Assembly: GCA_951406725.2 (NCBI GenBank) | Contig: OX597818.1 | Span: 94,550,001 to 94,614,000 of the forward strand | From: Octopus vulgaris | Lineage: Eukaryota | Direction of reading: 5' to 3' | Length of the DNA stretch: 64,000 bases | In this document: piece after piece, positions 55,326-64,000 of the stretch | Layout of the letters: every line of letters starts with the position of its first letter | Numbering within the stretch: position 1 is the first letter of the stretch | Program-made: the position numbers and the translations under genes | Notes under the pieces: generated by a model | Seen by the model: the letters and a program-made list of their open reading frames with translations, nothing else | Told to the model about the DNA's origin: nothing | Databases searched by the model: none

Positions 55326-56539
55326 TGCAAGCTTAGTGAAATACTCATTGAAATTGTGGGGTAGTACATATATTCTCCTTGCCTATTTATAGTGCATGCA
55401 TCCCTCTGTCCCTTCACTATTACCTATTCTGTATCCTCATACCCTTTCCATCTATTCTTCTACCCATTGTTTCTGTTCTATTTCCTTTCATCACTCCTAT
55501 CATCTCTTTTACTCACCTATTTGTGCCTATTCAATATCTCCATCTTCCTCTCCCATACCTCTGCTACCTGTATCCCACTACACTGTCTTCCTCTATTCTG
55601 TCAAATCATGATGCTGGAGTGGGATTGCATGCTGGTAACCTTTACCCACCCATCCTGACTATTCTGTTACAACTCTATCCTAGATGTGGTCTCCCGAGAA
55701 TTTATTTTGGTTCCCCATTATCATCTCATCTTTTCTCAGTGCTCCATTCAACCCACCTTTATATATTGTGGGGTAGCACTGTATCCTTTCCTACTTAACC
55801 CCACCACTCCTATCACTTTCTGACTCTCAGTCATCCCCTGGTACTACTTTTCCTTTACCTCCAAGTACCTCTTTCCATCTTATCTTTCCTTCACACACCA
55901 CTTTACCCACCCATATATAACATCTCTTCCAATTCAACCCTCCCCACTATATACACTTTCTCTAACTTCCCTGACACTGCTTTCTCCCCTTTTTTTCCAG
56001 TTACCCTCTTCACTTACACTGTTTTTGTTAGTCTGTCTCTTACTACCTTCTCTCAACAATAAACCTGTGTAACTCCAATAAAGATCTGACATGGATCCTG
56101 ATGAACCATCCAACCTATACGGGCATGGTAAGTAGACTAACCCATCCCTCACTGGGTCCACTTGCTCAAATCACCCCATCACCATTACCAATTCGCTCCC
56201 CAATTCTCCTTCATACTAATCCCTGATGTTACTCTTCCCTTTTTCTCCTCCCTTGTGTTTCCTCCTTTGCTCTCTCTAGCACTGCTCCCTCCCTTATTCT
56301 ATCCACTATCATCCTCTCATAACAATAAATCTCTTCCATCCATTATGGGACTTTCTTTTGCCTTGCAAGCTACAGAGTGACCCCTCCATCACCAATAGTG
56401 CTGGAGTCGCAAAAAAAAAGCTCCCAATATATTCTGTAAGTGTTTGTAAATCAAATCAAGCAGCAACAACGCAGAAAATGTGATTATTCTTTCGTCTTGT
56501 CAATGGCAAGGCTACCTCTATAGCGCTGCTGCTATGAAA

Positions 56540-56703
56540 AATGCACTCAATAAACTCCATAAAATGGTTGGTGGCGCTAGGAAGAACATCTAGTCATTCC
56601 AGAACTGCGACATTGGAGTAAGACAGTCCTCTAACCTTCTGAATCCTGTTGAGTCATCCAACACATTCCAACATGGAGAATGGATATAAAATGATGATGA
56701 TGA
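56540..56703 (+). mobile_element. Degenerate RTE-tail repeat
   Basis: ggttggtggcgctaggaagaacatc...catccaacacattccaacatggagaatggatataaaatgatgatgatgat. Confidence 0.55.
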
Positions 56704-57685
56704 TATATCTGTGTGTTGAAGGGTGCATGCATGCCTATGTGTGTACATATATGTACACGTTTGTATTTGATAGGAAAAGTTTCATAGAGGTAAAAAATGC
56801 TATCTCATATATGAATTGTTGTAATATGTTTTTGTTAAATATAAATTTCTTAATGTTTTCTCCTATCATTTTGAATGGAATCACCATTTTCTATCATTAA
56901 TAAAACTATTGTCTGTTTTGATGACAGAGGTGGGGGTTGGAGATCTGCTAGTAAAAATCCTACTTTGTAATGTGCTTGAGTTAAGGAGAAGCTATATAGC
57001 TTTGTTGACCTCTGACATATTGAAGTGATAAGAAGCTGGAATAGTCATGAAGCAGTTACAGTCTTCACCCAACTTTCTAAAAATATTAGTTTCTCTATCT
57101 TTTTTATTTCTCCATTTGATACTGCTTTCTCTCTCTTGCTATCTTACTATTTCTTTTTTAATTCTTTCTCTCATGCTAATTATCTAATCTTCATTCTCTT
57201 TCTCGTTTAAATGTTTCTTCTTATACCTCTTATCTCCTTCTGCCCATCCTTTTTTTTTGCCCCTCTGTTAGCTCACTCTGTTTTCATACCTACAGATGTT
57301 GCACATCAATTTGTACACAACTAATTTTATATTATATCATAACTTTTCTACTTGGACAATTTTTGAGATGTTTGTTCCAGAATTAATCTATCATAACAAA
57401 AGCTTTCAGAAATTTTTGTATATCCTATTTCAGATAAGATTTTCTATCTTTTATGATGTCTGCTCATTGTTGGAATGTCTTGAATTTCTGAACTTCCTGA
57501 CTACATAACATTTTTGTATCTTGTAAATTAATTGACTCTGTCTTCTTAAGTACTTAACATGCAGTTATCTAACAAATTAACAACAAGATGGTAATTTGAG
57601 TTTATTAAATTTACTTTTATCTCATAAGTTAAGTACTTGAAGAACTAATCAAATCAACACTGAGGAACTGCATCATATTTCTTAT

Positions 57686-57903
57686 AATTGTTTCTCACAT
57701 AGGCACATGGCCAGAAATTTAAGAGGAAATGTTTGTCAATTACATTGACCCCACTACTTGACTGATACTTTATTTTATATTGACCCTCTAAGGGATTTAA
57801 AGTGAATTTGACCTTAACGGGATTTGAATTCAGAATATAAAGAGTTGCAACAAATACCACAAGGCATTTTTTCCAATGCTGTAATGATTCTGCCAATCTA
57901 CTG
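57686..57903 (-). mobile_element. SINE family A
   Basis: Reverse complement match: taggcacatggccagaaattt...gatttgaattcagaa...aatgattctgccaa. Confidence 0.75.
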
Positions 57904-60900
57904 TCCTGATTCTATCCTATTTCTAATATTTTAAGTTATATAGGATCTTGAGTGCACGAATCTTCAACATCGAGCTTTGGCAAATTAGTTTCAATCTATA
58001 GTAATTGCTGAGGTTTTATGGCTTTTATCCATTTAATATGATGTAGCTGAACTGTTCTATAACCTTTTACTAAGTCAACTTATTTGCATGTAACTGAAGA
58101 TATTTACCAAGTGTTAGTAGCTACTTTAGGATTGTCATAGGATTGTAGGTAAAACAAAATTAGTTAACTTTGATACGGTTCACAAATTTTCAGGCAATGG
58201 TATAGTTGAATGAATTTACTGCAGTATATGGCTTATATTTGCAGTTGTCTTATATTTGGTGTAATGAAAAGCCAAGTTAGCTCCTTTATCAGTTAGCCAG
58301 TTCTGAATTGTATGAAATCACAAGAATTGTGCTAAATTTGTTTATATTAATTTTGAAGGAATTGAAGTATTCTCTAATGTAAGGGAGAAATCTCTAATCC
58401 CTTTTCAGAGTATCCCACCACTGGTTGTCAACTGTCACTTAATTCACTAACTCAGTCCTTGTAGTTTTTATACCCCAAGAAAGACATATCCAGCTTTCTG
58501 TAACCTGGATTCTTAGCTAACTGTATATATCATATATTTATGGGCTGTTTAGCTGACTAGTTTCTGGCACATTTGGGAAATCCAGTCAGTACATGTCAGA
58601 TAGTTAAAAATATCTGAGCAGGTTTTTGAGGTTTTTGCACCTTTTGTTTTACTCCTCACACAATCCAACTGGTCATAGATGATCATTCCTGTCCAGAACT
58701 ACTACTTTCATTTTTGCTGTTGTTGAGTTCGTAGTGGACTTGGAGAACATCTACCACTCCTTTGAATACACTAATTTCATTTGGTGGTGGTGTGTGTGTG
58801 TGTGGGGGGCAGATGTTTTTCCCAGCTTTCTCTTCTGTGTGCCACAGCCCTTTTTAAGTTGTTTTCTCGCCTTTTTTTGTCACTCAGCAAGGTCCTTGTT
58901 TCAGAAGAGGTCTGCAGTAGCTGAGATAGAAGGTGAATCTCTGATTTTGTGTGTCTTCATATATGTATTTTGCTGAAGGGGTGATAGTATTGGTACTGAT
59001 TTTCTTTTGTAGAGGGTTTGGTACCAGTATCTGTTATTAATTTGGGGAAAGCCAGTATTGTTAAAACTAAGGTACTGTTGCTGCAGTTTCTGTTGTGGCT
59101 GTTGTTGTTTACTTTGCATCTGCTGCTGCTATTGTAATTGTGGCTGTTTTTGTTGTTTTTTTAATGTTGATGTTTTTGTTCTTGGCTGTTGTGAGGGTCT
59201 TTTGCTATCATTTGTTGTGGAAAGTAAGCCTCTCACTGGTGGATGGTGTCACATATGTTGCACCTAGATTTTCTACCTTCCACCATAGCATGCAGTTGGT
59301 ATCCATTTAGGAGTTCTATAAGATAAAGAATTTTGTCCAAGTTTTCTGGTTTAACCTGGCTGAGAACTTCCAACCAAATTCTAGACCAGTTTAATTTTCC
59401 TGGTCATGCTTTTTTATGTCTAAAGGGGGATTGCCTCCAACTAGAAGAGTGTTTCCCACTCTTTTTAACTGTTGACCATTATCCTTAACACTTTCAGTCC
59501 CCATCATATTTTTAATGTACATATCAGGCCAGAGCAATTTAGTTTGAATTATTAGTTTGATGCAAGTAACTACTTACTATAGCATCACCCAGCTATAATT
59601 TTTTTTTTAAAAGTTAATATTTGAATAGGAGACGAAAACTAAAAGAAAAATAAAGATGTGTCTGTTGCATACCCTACCATTCATTTTATCTCCAGTACCC
59701 ATATAAAATTCTCTTATCCCCCCCCCCACACCTCATTCCCAGGAGTGGTATTGCTCACTTTGAGTAGCACTGCTCTGGAACAAGGCATTCCACTACCCAC
59801 CAGATGTTCAATTCTGACTGCACATTCAAAACTTTTATCTTCACCCCTTTCCTCTCCCTTGTATACTGGGATAAGGGACAAAATCCTGCCTCTTGCTCAG
59901 GGTCTGTAGAATATCTGTGTATGCGCTACACAGAGGAAATTTGCTTCAACTCTACCATGTTGCTTGACCCAGGTGACAAAGTCAGTGTCATACCATATTC
60001 TGCTCAAGCATTTTTCCATTTAGGTATTTGGGGACATTTGAATTTGTCAGTTCAAAACTGACACACACCAATATACTACAGTTTTTCTACCTGTGTTTTT
60101 CCAGGCAGTATGGTGGTACTACCAATAGGAGCTTCTTGCTGTGTATCTTAATAAGTGTTTGCATACTGTTCCTCAAAATTTTGTGCTTTTCCTGCAAAAA
60201 GAAAAGAAAAAAAGGAGTTGCCCTTTATGTTTTTGGTAAAGTAACTACTGCCATTGCTCCTGCTAGATCTGACTGCCATAGTGAATGAGGGAATGGTGGC
60301 TGTGGTGATAAAAGTAGTAAAACCGGTGTCATTTGTGTTGCTGTTTTTGCAGTTTTCTTTAGAACCACCAAGCTTGGAGAACCGTCACTATTCTTTCTTT
60401 TAATTCTGATCTTGCTGCTTCTGTTGTTGTTATCACTCTTTTATCTATTTTTGCTACTGCTGTACTGATTTTGTTTTTATTATTGTTCTTGTTAGTCTGT
60501 TTTTATTGTTGCTGTCCCTACTACAATTATTCTTGTATGATGTTAAAGTATAAGTAGAAATGGAGTTGCAATGATGTCAGTCTTCTGTTGTCATGGTGAC
60601 AGTATTACTGTTTGTTTTCAAATTGGCTAAATTTTGATGCTGACCTCCGAACATTATTGATTTTGTTTCATCCACTTTTTAAAAACAGAAATAACTAAAT
60701 AAAATGAACAGATTTACAAAATTGCAGCCTTCCTTTTCAATAGCAGAGACATGCTCATTTAATGTCTATGTCAATTTTCAACAGAACTATAAAGAAAAAT
60801 AAAATGAACATAAACCTTTTTATGCAAAAATAACAGAAAAAGTGAAAGAGACAAAATTTCATGGAGCTCAGGACAAATACTACTACTACTATTACTACTA

Positions 60901-60916
60901 ATGATAATAACAATAA

Positions 60917-61129
60917 CCTTTTTTACTATAGGCACAAGGCCTGACATTTTGGAAGAGAAGGCCAGTCAGTTAGATTGACTCCAGTACACTACTGGTATTT
61001 AATTCATCGACCCCGAAAGGATGAAAGGCAAAGCCAACCTTGACGGAATTTGAACTCAGAATGTGCAGACAGACAAAATGCCACTGAGTGTTTTGCCCGG
61101 TGTGCTAATGATTCTACCAGCTCGCTGCC
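60917..61129 (-). mobile_element. SINE family A
   Basis: taggcacaaggcctga...tcgaccccgaaaggatgaaaggcaaag...ggaatttgaactcagaa...ccagctcgctgcc. Confidence 0.88.
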
Positions 61130-61131
61130 TT

Positions 61132-61140
<9 letters not shown>

Positions 61141-61193
<53 letters not shown>

Positions 61194-61267
61194 CATTATT
61201 ATTATTATTATTATTATTATTTTATTATTATTATTATTATTTTATTATTATTAATAATAATAATAAA
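61141..61267. repeat. (TTA)n switching to (TAA)n microsatellite
   Basis: Direct inspection. Confidence 0.95.
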
Positions 61268-61819
61268 GTGAGAGAGCAGTTCATGCCATCAAAGTGACAC
61301 TGGGGTAAAATATACGAAGCCCAATATACCCATCATGACTACCCGTCTAATAAAGGTACACCAGGCACATGCATCACAACCATATGTGCGCGACATGGTG
61401 ATCTCATATCAAGATAAACAGCACATGACCTTGCAGGTGGGGCCCAGTTAGAATTTTCTTCAGGTTGAGTAGCCCATCCCGCTCAAACGGTCCCTGAATA
61501 AGGGTTGCTTAAGGATGTTGAAAGAACCACCCATGTTTCCAGAGGTGAACTATTCAAACCCCAAAGAATCCCTCTCAACACATGGCTATGATGCTCCCCC
61601 ACTACTTCTGCTCGTGATCAGAGATGCACATATCGTCAGCCACTAAGGGACATGCTCAACTGGTTAAAGTCAAACAACTGACAAGCAAATCTGTGGTATT
61701 GAGCAGAATATTTGCTGTAGCCCATCTTTTATACCAAGACAAAACAATGTACATGATAACACTTCCAATCAGTTAAGATCAGAAGCCATGAGAGCCACTG
61801 CCTGGTACTGCATCAGGGC

Positions 61820-61820
<1 letters not shown>
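61268..61820. mobile_element. 553-bp non-coding interspersed element embedded in TTA/TAA repeats; class unknown
   Basis: Sharply bounded block, more GC-rich than its flanks, between two (TTA)/(TAA) arrays; no recognisable ORF. Confidence 0.55.
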
Positions 61821-61880
<60 letters not shown>

Positions 61881-61891
61881 AATAATAATAA
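61821..61891. repeat. (TTA)n switching to (TAA)n microsatellite
   Basis: Direct inspection. Confidence 0.95.
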
Positions 61892-62829
61892 TGTTTCTTT
61901 ATTAGCCACAAGAGCTTGGAAGATAGATTAAAATAAACAAAGAAATGTTAAACTAGTTGTATGGTGGAAACAGTTATATAAAGGGATGAAAGGCATTATC
62001 CAGCTGTATAGACAAGTTGAAAAATGTATAAAATATACAAATAATTCCATACAATTTTAGAATAATTAATATGAAGTATCATCTAAAAAGGAAATAAAAC
62101 ATGGAAAATATTTTGAGTTTTTGCCTACATATGGATAGAAACCACTGGCTAGGTTGGGTTAGGCATACCACACATCTCTGCTTGTCTGACATTACTCATA
62201 GTAGAGCCTCCTGCATTCTAAGATACTTGTTAACTTTACTTAGAGTGGGTTGAGGATACACATGCTTCAATTCATTGTAATAAATTACTATTATTTTTTA
62301 TTAGGCTTTTGACTTTAGAACATGTCATATTCTGAATCTATTTGTTCTTTGAATCCAGGCAATGCCTGCTGTACCACTATGTTATCGTATCTATGAAGCA
62401 CTGGTTTAACATCCAGAAGGGGTTAAATTTCATCATCTTCCTTATCATCATTAATTGTTGTTCTGAAGAGGATGGGATCTTATATTTTATTATTTTCTTC
62501 TTCTGTGGTTGGGTTTTCTTTTGGGCTGCTTTTTCTCTTTTACCTCTTTGTGTTTTCTCCATTTGGAAATTTACTTCCTTCCATGCATCTCCTCACAAAA
62601 TGTTGGAATGGTACTATTTTTCCTAGTCAGGAAAGGGAAACAAAATTTCTGCCTGTTTCTTTCTTGAAATGACTTTCTCTACTAGATTCAGAGTGGGAGA
62701 GAGTACCTTAGAATGGTTTACATCAAAGACTAAGATTGAGGATGATTTTTCAACCATCCTCATATCTACAACTAGTGATGCAGGTGGTGTTGCTACTGGA
62801 ACAAGAGCTCCCAGACCCTGATCAACTTT

Positions 62830-62930
62830 TAGCATTTTACTAGCTCTGCATTATAGAAAACCCTCAGGTGGCTTTTGCTGCCACAAATATAACAGCTGAG
62901 CTTTCTTCCCAGCACCACTAACTAGTTCTA
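62830..62930 (-). pseudogene. Decayed gag-type zinc knuckle, likely a LINE ORF1 remnant
   Basis: LVVLGRKLSCYICGSKSHLRVFY fits CX2CX4HX4C with the last Cys codon read as TAT (TGT>TAT). Confidence 0.45.
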
Positions 62931-64000
62931 TTGCCTTAAAATCAGCCAACACAGTGGGATACAGCTCTGGAATGACCCTGTACTTCTAAGGCATCATCCG
63001 GACATGCATATCTATACTGACCTTTACTAATTGCATATAATTTTTTTCTATTTGCATTTAACAAGTGCTCATATTGTTTTACAAAAGTAATGTGTAGCTA
63101 GGAGTCAATATTACTTGTTATACTTCTGGACAGCACTTGTGGGCAGCTGTTTCACACCCAGTGTCTACTTTCTGTGAGCTTTGTCCTCAGTCCTACAGGT
63201 TAGTCAGATGGTACTCTAATCTTCACCTTTATCAATGTGTAAGGCATTTCTTCTGATAACTAGGGAAGCATGTGAGACATCCCTAGGTATTTTACACTTT
63301 TGTAGGATATCTTACAGTGTTCCTGATTGTCTTTTGGGGGTATAGTGAAAGCTTTTCCTTAGAGACAAAGGTAGATCAGTCTTCTTGTCCAATTCTGGAT
63401 GTATATTTTAGGCAATTCTAACACTGCATTGTTTCAGGTTGTGTACTGTCCATCTTCAAGGATTCAACATTGAAGGCAGTGCAGGCAAAATTAATTTCAT
63501 ATATGGACTTCTTGTTTGACAACATTTGTGTCTGAGTGTCAGTTGTTGTAATTGTTGCTTTTTGCAAAGTTGGTTCTCAGAATCATGGGAGGGGGGGGGG
63601 GGGAGCTTTTTGCCTGAAATAAAAAATTTTGTATTTTTAAACATTGTGTGCATTGTTGCAATGCAGGTTTGTTCAAGTTATTCTGCTATGCAGTGGCAGA
63701 AATGCTTCTTTTTTTCCTTTTAATTTTGGCTTTGGAAAGCATTTCCTCAACTTGATGTCATTGTGAATCAAGTTGAACCAAAACAAAAGCCCAACATGTT
63801 AATAAAAACTGTTTTTTTTTTTTTAGAGATGCAAATAAATTACATAAACTTGCCTTGTAAAACAATACTAACAATACAAACACGTAAAATAACATCCAAT
63901 TTATGAAAAATCCTTGGAAAAGGTAGTAATTCTAAAGCTAATTGTGAGAGCAAAAAAATAAGTCTGCACTTGCTGAAACCCATAATAACAGTAGTAGTAG

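Noticed and set aside
57296-57508. Strong pyrimidine tract plus cctacag followed by an ORF, as a possible next CaMKII exon
   Set aside because: Neither the in-phase frame nor the listed ORF resembles VTGGELFEDIVARE, and the in-phase frame reaches a stop.

Overview
AT-rich, microsatellite- and transposon-dense animal genomic DNA. The repeat landscape resembles a coleoid cephalopod, most likely Octopus; this is an inference from repeat families and not a database match. The only host coding sequence I can support is two short + strand exons of a CaMKII kinase gene: 29758-29817 (60 nt) and 39118-39172 (55 nt), separated by a 9.3-kb intron. I did not find the neighbouring exons, so almost the whole window is probably CaMKII intron. 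The introns hold a TIR-bounded Tc1 relic, a TIR-bounded DD37D mariner-like relic, RTE and R4/Dong-like LINE fragments, many SINE copies, fold-back elements and simple repeats. Nearly all ORFs in the supplied track are microsatellite or repeat artefacts. The most unusual items are: (1) a 334-bp, highly structured unit with 87-bp terminal redundancy and a decayed type I hammerhead ribozyme, resembling a retrozyme or circRNA-derived insert (7947-8367); (2) a fold-back element made of two inverted tRNA-Thr(GGT)-like heads (45486-45983); (3) a young RTE-tailed element with a duplicated 252-bp 5' module; and (4) a 553-bp element embedded in (TTA)/(TAA) repeats.
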